From Dehalococcoidia bacterium (GTDB taxonomy: Bacteria; Chloroflexota; Dehalococcoidia; Lucifugimonadales; UBA2985), in the NCBI GenBank assembly GCA_965221925.1, contig OZ244924.1:328989-392988 (forward strand): DNA of 64,000 nt, given 5' to 3'. Below the pieces are notes generated by a model. That model had not been told where the DNA came from and did no database searches. It was given only the letters and a program-made list of their open reading frames with translations. The first letter of the stretch is position 1, and every line of letters begins with the position of its first letter. Made by a program: the position numbers and the translations under genes. This document shows, piece by piece, positions 37,639 to 48,210 of this stretch.

Positions 37639-38022
37639 TGGCCTCAAGGAGCTTGCCGGTGGGGGTGTCGTCGGCCTGCTCGGTGATGGAGACCACGCGG
37701 ACGCCCCTGCGCCTCAGCATGGACTTGAAGGCGACGGAGCGCTCCCGCTTGCGGGTGAAGCGGGAGAACTTCCAGACGAGGATCTCCTTGAAGGGGGACT
37801 CCGGCTTGGCGGCCTCATCCAGCATCTTTTGGAACTGGGGCCGGTCGGCGATGCGCCCGCTCTCGGCCTCGTCCACGTACTCGCGGGCGACCAGGTAGTC
37901 GTGCTTCTCGGCGTAGTCCCGGAGCGCCCGCAGCTGGGCGGCCACGGACAGGTCCACGTCCTGGCGGTCGCTGGAGACCCTGGGTAGAGGGCCACTGGCG
38001 TCAGATCAAATCGCTCGTTCAT
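37602..38022 (-). pseudogene. large serine recombinase, N-terminal resolvase domain (split from 17946-19116, plus a 1-nt frameshift near 37980)
   Basis: MNERFDLTPVALY / (frameshift) RVSSDRQDVDLSVAAQ...LLEAIIESVDEFYSENL. The catalytic-serine motif is present but out of frame with the start codon. Confidence 0.8.
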
Positions 38023-38243
38023 CGGTCTGTCCTCCTTGTCTCTTCCTGTTGGGCATGGCTGGCTTTCAGCCGTTCCAGCCGTTCCCGTGTGCGCCACTCC
38101 CGTTCATCCATGAACAGGCGGATGGCCTGGCGGAGCAGCTCGCTCACGGAGAGGTTCTCATCCTTCATCACCCGGCGCACCTGCGCCTCCATCTCCGGGG
38201 GCAGGGAGAAGGTGAGGGTCTTGGACTTTCTGGAGGTGGTCAC
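38019..38243 (-). CDS. ribbon-helix-helix (CopG-like) protein
   Basis: 74 aa. KTLTFSLPPEMEAQVRRVMKDENLSVSELLRQAIRLFM is an RHH pattern. ATGA overlap with the recombinase pseudogene start. Confidence 0.65.
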   Translation of the reverse strand: MTTSRKSKTLTFSLPPEMEAQVRRVMKDENLSVSELLRQAIRLFMDEREWRTRERLERLKASHAQQEETRRTDR

Positions 38244-38695
38244 TCTCTTTTTGCCTCCTGCTGTAGTGTATGGTCTTACTCTACACTATCGGGCACCGGC
38301 CTTCAACCCCTTCAAAACAGAATCGTCGCGGGTCTGGGCGCTGCAACAATTGTCATGTTTCGACCTGTTGGGGGCTGACACCGTAAGTGGCGGAATGCCC
38401 TTTTGTCCCCCTACAGGAAGTCGTGGGAACGGACTGGGGCCAGTGATGGAACATGCTCCGGTGGCCATCACGGGGCTGGTCATCAAGGTCTGCGGTGATG
38501 CTGGTGTTGCTACGAGCCAAAGCTGAGAGGCGAGAGGAATGTGCTGGGGACGGGGCCTCCCCTGACGCATCAAATCTGCACCACTTTGTAATCGGGAGGG
38601 CGTAAGATGTAAGAGCTGCTGCAAGTGGGCGGACAGTGGTCCCAGCAGCCATGCTGGGACACCCCCTACAGGAAGTGGTCGGAACGGCGTGGTGG

Positions 38696-40159
38696 TCATT
38701 TTGGCACCTGGTCCAGGGCGGACAAAGGCCTCCTGTCGAGGGAATGCGGCGGCGGTAGAATCCACGAGTCGCCTAGGATGCCATGCTCGGCAAGGGTCTC
38801 TGCGTTGGAGGTGATGATGGGCGCCCCCTTCACCGTGTCTGCGACGTCGAGGAAGGCGTCCTCGCTGCTGGGGGACTCGAACACGAAGACCACCCGGGGC
38901 AGGCGTCCCTCGTGGTCTCGCTCAGCCCATCCGCTCAGGAAGTACCGCTGGTAGGACTTCAGGCGGGAGCGGGCACGCTTCGGCGTCGTGGCCCGACGCT
39001 CGAACTCCAGGAGGAAGGGACGACACCGGCCCTGGTACTCCAGGGTGAAGGAGGCGTCGGGGTGAATCACGTAGGTGGTCCAGTCGTAGCGGTAGCCGAT
39101 GCTGGAGCGATGAGTGGGCAGCAGGTCGAACAGGTCGTAGTCGGGGGAGCGGGCGACCTCGGCAGACAGGGCGGCGGCGAAGCCAGTGACGCCGGCGTGG
39201 TGTCGCAACTGGGATGCCAGGGCTCGCACGGCGGTTCCGGCGTAGACATCGGAGTTCAGGTACAGAGGCTCGGCGCTCCAGCGGTCGAGGGTCAACCCCA
39301 CGGCGGCCCGGTCCCTGCGGGCCAGGTACGTCAGCCCCTCGTCGGTGAGCACGTGCAGGGAGTCATCCTCCCGCGCGAGGCCATGCTGCCGCAGGGAGCG
39401 GAGCACCTGATTGACCCGGCGCAGGGTGACCCCGCCCATCAGTCCGGCAAGCTGCTCGCGGGTGCCCAGCGGCCATGCTGCCAGCAGGTCGAGGGCGTCC
39501 TTCTCGGCGCTGGTCAGCTGAACCGAGAGGGTTGATGTGAGTTGCTCAGTAGGCTCCGGCATGGAGGCCTGCACGCCGGAGGGGTAGAGCGTGCCGGGCT
39601 TCGGCTTCGGGTTGTCACGAAGGAAGGGGTAGGACGACTCCAGCAACCGCTCCGTCCACGCTATGATACCTGCCGGGGATCCGTCGGGTGAGATACGCAC
39701 TGGAGGGTTTTCGCCCAGGCCGCTACCACACTGCTGCCAGACGACCCCGGTGTGGTCTCCGGCCAGAAGCTCTCCCTCCGTCACCGCGAAGGTCCTGCGG
39801 TGCTCCCTCGGATCGCCCAGGGAGCGGATGGCCCTGCGGGTGGCCTGGTCTGCGTGGGTCAACACCAGGGTGACGAAGGGCGTCTCGAAGCTGTGCAGCC
39901 GCTCGATGCTCCTCAGGCGGTAGCGCAGATTGGCCGTGGGCAGCGTAGGCCCCTGGCGAACCAGGCCGATGGAGCGGCCCCCGGACAGGGTGAGCAGCAT
40001 GTCGTAGGGGCCGTTGCGGTAGTGGTCCACGCGCACGGGGTCGTTGTGGGGGTCGGCGCCGGCGATCATGGCGGCGACGCGGTAGAGCACAGCCACGGCG
40101 TCCAGCCGCTCGGCCAGCAGCCGGAACCACTGCTTCGACACCGGGTAGGCCCCCAGCAT
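38696..40159 (-). CDS. replication-relaxation-like (Replic_Relax-type) protein, paralog 1
   Basis: Winged-helix segment (LTSAEKDALDLLAAWPLGTREQLAGLMG...LRSLRQHGLA), then HHAGVTGF and IHPDASF...FLLEFERR motifs. Paralogous to 41386-43056. Confidence 0.5.
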   Translation of the reverse strand: MLGAYPVSKQWFRLLAERLDAVAVLYRVAAMIAGADPHNDPVRVDHYRNGPYDMLLTLSGGRSIGLVRQGPTLPTANLRYRLRSIERLHSFETPFVTLVLTHADQATRRAIRSLGDPREHRRTFAVTEGELLAGDHTGVVWQQCGSGLGENPPVRISPDGSPAGIIAWTERLLESSYPFLRDNPKPKPGTLYPSGVQASMPEPTEQLTSTLSVQLTSAEKDALDLLAAWPLGTREQLAGLMGGVTLRRVNQVLRSLRQHGLAREDDSLHVLTDEGLTYLARRDRAAVGLTLDRWSAEPLYLNSDVYAGTAVRALASQLRHHAGVTGFAAALSAEVARSPDYDLFDLLPTHRSSIGYRYDWTTYVIHPDASFTLEYQGRCRPFLLEFERRATTPKRARSRLKSYQRYFLSGWAERDHEGRLPRVVFVFESPSSEDAFLDVADTVKGAPIITSNAETLAEHGILGDSWILPPPHSLDRRPLSALDQVPK

Positions 40160-40231
40160 GGATGAGGGCGACCGTCGTCAGCCTCGACGGGGCGAACCTA
40201 TGTGATCTTCAAAAAGGAGGAGGAAGGACTA

Positions 40232-40519
40232 ATGACTATTGAGGAACGGAATCGGACCCTGGACTTCAGCCCGCCGCCCTGGCCGGAGGATTTTCCGCGG
40301 CGGCTGGAGCGATTGAAGAAGCTGGCAGGCGTCTCCTGGAAGCGGATGGCTGAGCGACTGGGGGTGACGGACCGGGGCGCGCTCAAGTGGCGCAGGACGG
40401 GAAGGCCCTCGGCGGGCAACCTCCTAGCGATCTTGGAACTGGCCCGCGAGATTCCCGGCGGCTACGACCTGATGATGTACGGCGACGAGAGGACGGAATC
40501 GGCTGACGGCGAACGGTAG
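40232..40519 (+). CDS. small helix-turn-helix protein
   Basis: ATG 40232 has an AGGAGGAGGAAGG SD. LKKLAGVSWKRMAERLGVTDRGALKWRR is HTH-like. Confidence 0.55.
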   Translation: MTIEERNRTLDFSPPPWPEDFPRRLERLKKLAGVSWKRMAERLGVTDRGALKWRRTGRPSAGNLLAILELAREIPGGYDLMMYGDERTESADGER

Positions 40520-40606
40520 CAGCAGGAGTCCCCCTGAACACAGAGAGGGCCAGGTGGTTCATACCACCCGGCCCTCTCTGTCGTTCCGCCCTTGCCGCCT
40601 CTTCTC

Positions 40607-41389
40607 TTACCGCCTGACGACGCCCTGGGGGTCTCGCCTCGAAGCTCTGCGGTTGAGGGCTTGGTCGAGGGTCCCGAAAGCCCGCCCGATGCCCAGGCGC
40701 TCCACCCTGGGCGACGGCTCCTCTTCCTGCTTGAGGAGGGCGTGGGCGATGAGGTCGGCCATCTGGAGCAGGCAGTCGGCGTGGGAGCTTCGGAAGGCGG
40801 GGCCGCCGATGACTCGCTCGATGGGGATGTCTTTCGTGGCCTGGCCGTCCTCCCACGCCTCGTATTTGCTGGGCACGGGGTTGCGGCTCCTGAGCCTGCG
40901 GTAGAGGCGTGAGACCATCTCCTCCCGACCCTCGTCGAAGATGAGGAAGGCGTGGCGGTTGGCGGATGCGACGGAAGAGTTGATGCGGTTGAGGAGCCGG
41001 TCCAGGTTGACCCGCTCGTAGCCCATCACGTCGGGCTTGTGGAGGCAGACGTTGACGACCTCCACGCCGCCGATGCTCCTTGCGGCGTCCTCGATGACGC
41101 GCAGCCCGCCCAGGAAGACCTCGGCCCCGTGCTTCGGGGAGAGCCTGCGGCCGGCGTTGCCCTGGCGGGCCGGCTTGCCCCGTCCGGCCAGCAGAGCCTG
41201 CCCCGTACCCGATACGGGGTCGCAGGCGTGCAGCTCCCGGCTTGTCGGGACGCTGTAGTCGCCCGCCAACGCCGTGCGCCAGTCCTGAATGCGGCCATGC
41301 AGGCCGTTCCATCGTTCGGCGTTCACGCCCAGGGCGGAGCGGACGTAGTAGCGGGGACCCTCGGACTCGTCGATGTAATAGATTCTCAT
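40607..41389 (-). CDS. DUF3800 family protein
   Basis: Start set at MRIYYIDESEG (ATG 41389, ATGA overlap with the upstream gene). The IYIDES N-terminus and C-terminal ...LLQMADLIAHAL are typical of DUF3800. Confidence 0.6.
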   Translation of the reverse strand: MRIYYIDESEGPRYYVRSALGVNAERWNGLHGRIQDWRTALAGDYSVPTSRELHACDPVSGTGQALLAGRGKPARQGNAGRRLSPKHGAEVFLGGLRVIEDAARSIGGVEVVNVCLHKPDVMGYERVNLDRLLNRINSSVASANRHAFLIFDEGREEMVSRLYRRLRSRNPVPSKYEAWEDGQATKDIPIERVIGGPAFRSSHADCLLQMADLIAHALLKQEEEPSPRVERLGIGRAFGTLDQALNRRASRRDPQGVVRR

Positions 41390-43056
41390 GGCCTTGGTTC
41401 TCCTTGCATGTCGGTCAGGGGGCGCACCGGCTCGAAGCCTCCGCCCGGGGCGAACCAGGCCCGTCCCAGCGGCCCCTCCCGCTCGACCAGCTCCCGGTGG
41501 GAGGCCAGCAGGGGGACGGCGGTCCTGAGACGGTCCATCTCGTCCTGCGCCACTCTCAGGAAGTGGGTCTGAGCGATGTCGTCGTCGAAGACGATCAGGA
41601 CGGCGGGCGGCGCGCCGTGGTCGTCGATGGGCCGGCGAGAGGAGTAGTAGCGCAGGTAGGGGGCCAGCCGCGCCGCCATCGTGACTGGGCGCACCGCCCG
41701 CCGCTCCCACTCCAGGAAGAAGGGCCACACGGCGCCTTCACGTCGCAGGATGCCGAAGGCGTCGGGGTGGACGGAGCGCATCCCGCCGAAGTAGCTGAAG
41801 TAGCGGGAGGCCCTGCGGGGCGGGTCGAGCTGGCCGGTCTCCCAGCCCAGGTCGCGGGCCTGGGTTGCCAGGGCCGCCATGAAGCCGTGGACGGCTGCGG
41901 TGTGCTCCATGTTGCGCAGGAGCTGGCGGCTTCGCCTGCCGGAGACGCTGCGCCAGTCGCCGGCGTCGGTGGGGGCGGCGCTCCACCGCTTCCTGGCCCC
42001 GCCCACGGCGGCGCGGTCCCTGCGGGCCAGCATCGCCAGCCCCTGGTCGGTGAGGGTGAGGCGTCGCCCCCCAGCGGGGACGCGGGTGACGAGGCCGAAC
42101 CCTTGGAGGGCGGCGGCGATCTCGTAGGTGCGGGTGCGGACGAGGCCCAGCAGCCCGGCCAGGTCGCCCAGGGTGATCCAGGGCCAGTCGGAGATGAGGT
42201 CGAGGGCGCGCTTCTCGGCGGGCTTGAGGGTGGCGGGCAGCAGATAGTCGGGGACCTTCCACCCCGGACCCTCGACGGAGAGGTCGGCTGGGACCGAGAC
42301 CATCCGGGGCTCGTCCTCCTCGGGAAGGAGACTTCCCTTCTCGATCCGGTCGAGGACCGAGCGCAGCTCGACGGAGGCGCTGACCGCGGGCGGGCTCCAC
42401 ACCGGGTCGTCCGGCGACGTCGCGACCGCCTCGCGCTCGAGGGCGAGATAGAAGGGGACGGGGGCGCCGGCCAGCGTCCTGCGGACATGCTTGAGCCGAA
42501 CGTCGTCGGCCATCAGCACGAGAACGGCTCCGGGGAGCGGCCCCTGGCGGGGCAGCCTCCACATCCGGTTGGAGAAGCCGGTCCTGTCGGCGGTGAGCCC
42601 CTGCCTGACGATGCCGACGGTGCGGCCGCCGGGAAGCTCGACGGCGGCGTCCAGGGTCGAGGCCCTGTACCACCGGAACCGTATGGGGTATGCGACGCCG
42701 GAGACGGCGACCGCCAGCCGGTAGATCGCGGCGAGGGAGTCGAGCCGTCCCATCAGGTTGCGCCGCCACTCGGCGGATACGGGGCGGCCGCGTACGAGCT
42801 CGTCCAGGGAGGTCTCCTCCTCCTCGGCCAGCCGCCCCAGCCCGGCGGCGGTGAGGTGGAACCTCTGGGTCGATGAGGGAAATAGGGCGGTGGCGTGGGG
42901 CACGGCGGCGCAGAAGCCGCCGGAGTCCAGCCTGTCGACGGCCTCGTGGACCGCGGCCTTCGACCAGCCGGTGACGGCCACCATCTCCGTCCGGTCGAGG
43001 AAGGGCATCGACGCCAGGGCTCGGAGGGTCTGGGCTTCACATCCCTCAGTTCTCAT
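41386..43056 (-). CDS. replication-relaxation-like protein, paralog 2
   Basis: Same architecture as 38696-40159 (LKPAEKRALDLISDWPWITLGDLAGLLG, EHTAAVHGF, VHPDAFG...FFLEWERR). Confidence 0.5.
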   Translation of the reverse strand: MRTEGCEAQTLRALASMPFLDRTEMVAVTGWSKAAVHEAVDRLDSGGFCAAVPHATALFPSSTQRFHLTAAGLGRLAEEEETSLDELVRGRPVSAEWRRNLMGRLDSLAAIYRLAVAVSGVAYPIRFRWYRASTLDAAVELPGGRTVGIVRQGLTADRTGFSNRMWRLPRQGPLPGAVLVLMADDVRLKHVRRTLAGAPVPFYLALEREAVATSPDDPVWSPPAVSASVELRSVLDRIEKGSLLPEEDEPRMVSVPADLSVEGPGWKVPDYLLPATLKPAEKRALDLISDWPWITLGDLAGLLGLVRTRTYEIAAALQGFGLVTRVPAGGRRLTLTDQGLAMLARRDRAAVGGARKRWSAAPTDAGDWRSVSGRRSRQLLRNMEHTAAVHGFMAALATQARDLGWETGQLDPPRRASRYFSYFGGMRSVHPDAFGILRREGAVWPFFLEWERRAVRPVTMAARLAPYLRYYSSRRPIDDHGAPPAVLIVFDDDIAQTHFLRVAQDEMDRLRTAVPLLASHRELVEREGPLGRAWFAPGGGFEPVRPLTDMQGEPRP

Positions 43057-45612
43057 TGCTCGGCCTCCTCTCCCGTCGAGTTGTCGTTCCCGGCGGCTCC
43101 GTCCTCGCGCTTCCCGTCCGTCCCTCGCCGTCCTTCTCCAGGTCGGCGGCGCGGTCTTTGAAGTCCCGGACCTTCTTCTGGGCGGCTGACCCGGCGTCCT
43201 CCAGGTCCTGGGCCGTCAGGGTGTATGCGGAGGCCGTGCTGCGGATCTGCGCGGCGACGGCGGGGTCTCCGTCCTCCGGCTTTCTGACCATCATCGAGAA
43301 GGCGGGCATCCGCTCGATGCCGACGGTGGCCCTGACGTAGCAGTGGTGCACCGGCAGCGACGTGATGTCGTCCTCGGTCACCCGCTCCTTGCCCAGCTCC
43401 CACACCAGCTGCCTTGCGTCGCTCCCGGCCACCTGGAAGACGGCCAGGCATCCGACGTTGGCGAGCAGGGTGTCCCGCATGGTGCGTGAGAGGTCGTCGA
43501 GCTTCGCGAGGCTCTGGATGGCGAGGATGAAGCTGGCCCCGAACTTGCCCAGCTCCGAGAGCATCGACTCGTAGTCCACGCCGGGCATCGACTGCATCTC
43601 GTCCACCACGACCAGCGCGCGCCGTCTCTGCTCCGGGGGCAGGCTTCCCTGCTCTCGGAGCACGGCGTCAACCAGGTTGAGGAGGGACGCGCCCACCAGG
43701 GCCGGCCACATCCCTCCCGACGGCTCCCTGGGCGGTGGAGACCAGGAGGATGCCGCCGTTGAGGATGGTGTCGCGCAGGTCGATGGTGGATCGGGACTGG
43801 CCGAGGATGGCCCTGGCCCGCTTGGAGGATGCGTAGTAGGAGAGGCGGGTCTGCACCGGGGCCAGGGCGTCGGCGCGGGTCTCGCGCCGCCAGCCGAAGA
43901 AGTCCCTGCCCCACCATTCAAGGAGGTAGGGGTCCTCGACCCTCTTGAGCACGCCGTCCCGGAACTTCCGGTCGGAGAGGAGCTTCAGCCCGTCGAGGAT
44001 GGTGTGCTGGCTGCCCTCGTCGGTTTCCGGGTGCTCGTTGGCCTCGTGCAGCGTCTTGACCGTCTGCTCTAGTATCGACTGCATCCTCGGCCCCCATTGC
44101 TCCCACAGGCCCTTTGCGACGCGCACCACCGAGTCGGCGGTGCGGTCGCGGTCGGCGAAGATGCGGGTGTCCAGCAGGTTGATGCCCGGCGCCCTCCGCT
44201 GGTCGGCCAGGTCGATGAGCCGCACCCGGTCGATGAGGGACTCCGGCACCTGCCGGAGCAGCCCCGCCACCAGGTCGGCGTGGGGATCGACCACGACGAT
44301 GGCGTCGCCGTCGCGTCCCGCCGCCTTCTCCTCCAGCTTGTGCCTGACGATGTGGTGCATCAGGGTGGACTTGCCCATGCGCGTGCGCGCCACGTAGAGG
44401 TGGTGGCGTCTGAGCAGGTCGGCGGGGAAGTGAATCTTCCGTGGGGTTCCGGTGGTGGTGTCGCCGACGTGGGCGCCGCCCGCTGACGCTGCGGGCCGTG
44501 GGCAGAAGCACCTTGGCCCCGGCGCGGGCCACCAGGGGCGTCTCGTCCCCCGCTCCGGGCGGGTGCCACAGGCAGGCGATCTCGCGGACGCCCAGGACGC
44601 TGCGTGCGCCGAACAGGCCGGAGCCTGCGGGGTGGAGCATCGCGGGGTCGGGCACGGCGGGTCGCACCCGGTTCACGTCGAGGCGCGCCCCGGCGGGGTT
44701 GTCGTAGTGGCGGTATGCCGCCGCCACGGGCTCAAGTACCCTCCTAGCCCGCTCCAGTCCCTCCCGCGGCTCGTCCGTCGCGGGGAGGATGGCCGTCACC
44801 TGTATCTCCCCCTCGAAGGCGATGCGGGAGACCTTCTCCCTGATGATCAGAGGGTCGTAGACGCGCTTCTTGGCCTTCTTCCAGCGGTGCCACAACCAGC
44901 CCCCGGCGGTCAGAGCGGCGGCGACGCCGATGCCCATGACCACGGCCTTCCAGGTCTCCCCCGCCTGCACCCACAGGTAGCCCCGCAGCGCGGCAAGGGC
45001 CGCCACGCCCAGCACGGCCATCGTCACGCCGTCGGTCTGGAGGGGCCTGGTCTGATAGGTGTAGGCGGGGTCCCGGCGGTCGTCCACGGGCCGCTTGTGG
45101 GTCTTCTCCAGATGGGCCTGCGACCACTCGGGTCCCAGGGAGCGCAGCAGCAGCCGCGCCACGATGCGCTCGTCGTCGTTCAGGTTGGAGAACGCGCCCA
45201 GGATGGCGATGAGGGGGTCTGAGCCGGGGTCGAGCAGGTCGTCGTCCCGGAAGACCCTGAGCGGGACGTACTCGGGGCCGTCGGCCCGCAGCGTCATGGC
45301 CCACGCCTGCTCGCCCTCGCCCATGCGCAGGGGGTCGTCGTCCGGGTCCAGCCTCCGGATGCGGGCCTGGGGATAGTGGGCGGAGAGATGGCCGCGCACC
45401 ACCTCGTCGTCGAGGCAGCGAGCCATGAGCATCACGCCGTCCATGTCCCCGGCCAGCTCCAGGGAGAAGGGATCCGGCACCGCGATGGAGCCGAGCATGT
45501 TCTCCACGCCCAGCAGGGTGCGCTCCCCGGCGCGGGGCGGCGTCACCGTCAGCAGGACGGGCTTCTTCTCGGTGTCGTTTCCAAACAGGATTTGCTTCGG
45601 GTTCAGCTTCAT
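43046..45612 (-). pseudogene. T4SS coupling-protein-like ATPase (VirD4/TraD/FtsK-HerA superfamily), two frameshifts
   Basis: Three frames join: an N-terminal region with two TM helices, then ...HHLYVARTRMGKSTLM (Walker A), then ...RRRALVVVDEMQ (Walker B). Shifts lie near 44470 and 43715. Confidence 0.65.
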
Positions 45613-45628
45613 CGGTATAGTCCTTTCT

Positions 45629-47858
45629 CTAATGGCGTCCGGGCGTCCACTCGATGACCTTCGTCTCCTCCGGGGTGGCCTCGATGCGGACGGGGAAGCG
45701 GTTCCCCTTCGACAGCAGCAGGCCGTCTCCCCTGGGGCACGACAGCAGCCAGCGCTGGAGGTCCTGGGGCAGGTCGAAGGCGTCGCCGACCGTGCTTATG
45801 GCCGCCGCGTCCTGCTGGAGCAGGGGCTTGAAGGCGGCGTTCTGGAGGAGGGCGCGACCGGAGTGGCCGGTGATGGTGCGGGAGGTGTCCTCGCTCAAGA
45901 GGTCCTGCACGTCCTGGGTGATGAACTGCAACCCCAGCCGGTGCTTGCGAGCGCGCTTCGCCATGCTGACCATGAATGCGGCCCCCTCGGGGTGCTGCAT
46001 GATGCTCCACACCTCGTCCACGACCAGAAGCCTCGGCTTGGGGGTCCTGGGCTGCCGCCGCCCACACCGTCTCGGTGCAGACCATCGCGGCGGCGGGTCG
46101 GAGCTCGGGTTCGAGCAATCGAAGGTCGAAGACCGTCACAAGGGCCTCGTTGCCCAGCAGGTCGTCGCCCTCGTCGGAGAGCAGGTTGCGCAGGCTGCCG
46201 GTGGCGAAGGGCCTGAGCAGGCAGGCCAGATCGGGGTCGCCCGCCTCGTCCTCTTGCAGATACTGGTAGAAATCGCGGAAGCCGGTGCGCTCGCGGGGCT
46301 GGGCGTAGTAGCCCGCCAGAGCGTGGTCGAGCGACGCCCTGCGCTCCGCGCCCAGCCGCTCCCCCACCATCACCTCGATGAGCCGGCGCAGGCTGCCGAT
46401 GCGCTGCAACAGCTCCTCGGAGTCGCCCCGCTCGATGACGAAGGGGTTCATGCCCTGGCCCGGCACGCCGGGGGAGAGCACCCTCCCTCCTGCGGCGCGG
46501 GCCATGTCCGCGTACTCGCCCTCCGGGTCGATGACGTAGGCGGTCACGCCTCTCGTCAGACCCCTGAGCACGCCGAGCTTGGTGGCGAATGACTTGCCGC
46601 TGCCCGACCTTGCCAGCACCGCGGTGTTGGCGTTCAGGTGTGTGCCGTCCCAGGGGTCGTAGACCACCGGGGCGCAGGCCCGCAGGTCGATGCCGTAGAG
46701 CGTTCCGCTCCTGGTGTCCAAATCCGGGGGCGAGAAGGGGAAGAGCCGCGCCAGGCTGGACGTGTCGAGGCTGCGCCACTCGGCCACGGCGTTCAGGGCC
46801 AGGGGCAGCGTGGACAGGATGCCCTCGCGCTGCCGGAAGGCCAGGGGATCGAGCTTGCAAAGCGTGGCGGCGAAGTGGGCCCTGGCCCGCTGGGTCATCT
46901 CCTTGAGCGACGCCTCGTCCTTTGCGTGGAGGGTGATGGACAGGGAGGCGTGGAAGAGCCTCTCCCGGCCCCGCTGCACCTCGTCCCGCAGGCGGGTCAC
47001 GTCCTCCAAGGCTATCTCCGCCTCCGGCGACATCGTTCTGCCCCGCTTGAATGAGAGGGACTGGGCCGACTCGAACCTGACCTTCTGCCACTCCAGGGTG
47101 CGGGCCGCCTGCTCGGCGGGGATCGGCCCCAGGTGGATGGACAGGTCCATCGGCGCTCCCGCGGCCATCAGCCCCTGGAGGAAGCCGGGGGCCAATGACC
47201 GGGGCCACTTGCCCAGGTGGAGCGACCGCACGAGGGTCCCGCCTATGCGCATGCCGCGGCGGCCTATCGCCACCTCGACCGGCGTCTCCTCGTCAAGCTC
47301 GGAGGGTGAGCCGCCCAGGGCGGCTGCTACGAAAAACATCCGAAGCTGGCGGCCTCTGAGGGGGTGGACGGACAGACCGGCCCTTGCCAGCAGGCCGCGC
47401 AGCTCGTCGGCCCGCTCGAACTCGCACACGGCGTAGAAGCGCCGGTCGAGGTTGCCGTCGCGGGCCTCCAGGTCGGTCAAGAGACGCTGGAGGGACTCGG
47501 CGGCGGCCCTCGTCTGCGGGGGAAGGTCGTCCGGTTGGGACTCCTTCAGCTTCGCCCGCATCCCTCCGAGCCGCGGCGGGTGCTGCCTGATGAGCAGTTG
47601 GGCGGGGAAGTCCAGGGCGTTGAGCGCCCCGGCGAAGGCCCCCAACTTCGGCTCGTCGATCTCAAGACCCATCACCTCGCACACGCCGAGCTTCACCCCG
47701 TCAAGCCGCACGGGTCCGTCCTCCTCCAGGTGGGAGAGCATGAAGAACGGGGGCAGGGGCAGCGGCGGCTTGGGAGCGGGCGCCTGCGGCTCCGTGGGTT
47801 CCTGGATCTGCGGAGCGGCCGCTCCGTCTCTCTTGAATCGTTCCAACAGCTTCTTCAA
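45629..47858 (-). pseudogene. VirB4/TrsE-like conjugation ATPase, one frameshift in a C/G run near 46041-46045
   Basis: Walker A VLARSGSGKSF. After the shift the sequence reads PKPRLLVVDEVWSIM (Walker B), and the C-terminus continues in the second frame (ORF 45629-46021). Confidence 0.7.
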
Positions 47859-47877
47859 CTCGGTGTTCTCCTTTGCG

Positions 47878-48210
47878 CTAGGGGGTTGGGAACGGGACGA
47901 GGCCGCTGCGCAGCAGGGCGGCGACCGCCTTGGCCAGAAGGACCAGCACCAGGCCGACGACGGCCATGACGACGGCGCTCTTGGCCCTGCCGCCGCCCCG
48001 CTCCTCGCCGCCCTCGGCCATCAGGACGAATCCCGCCCAGACGATGGCGAAGACGGCGAGTCCGGCGGCGGCGTAGGCCATCGCGGTCAGCGCCCGGTCG
48101 AAGGCGTCCAGCATGGCCTGCTCCTCGGCCGGGGCCGCGCCGGTGGTCGCCAGCACAGCCCCGGCCAGAATCGTTGCCGTCAATAGGTGTCTCACCAGGG
48201 CCACTCCCAT
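47878..48210 (-). CDS. small secreted/membrane protein with VirB2/TrbC-like topology
   Basis: 110 aa with a signal-peptide-like N-terminus followed by two hydrophobic helices. Confidence 0.4.
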   Translation of the reverse strand: MGVALVRHLLTATILAGAVLATTGAAPAEEQAMLDAFDRALTAMAYAAAGLAVFAIVWAGFVLMAEGGEERGGGRAKSAVVMAVVGLVLVLLAKAVAALLRSGLVPFPTP

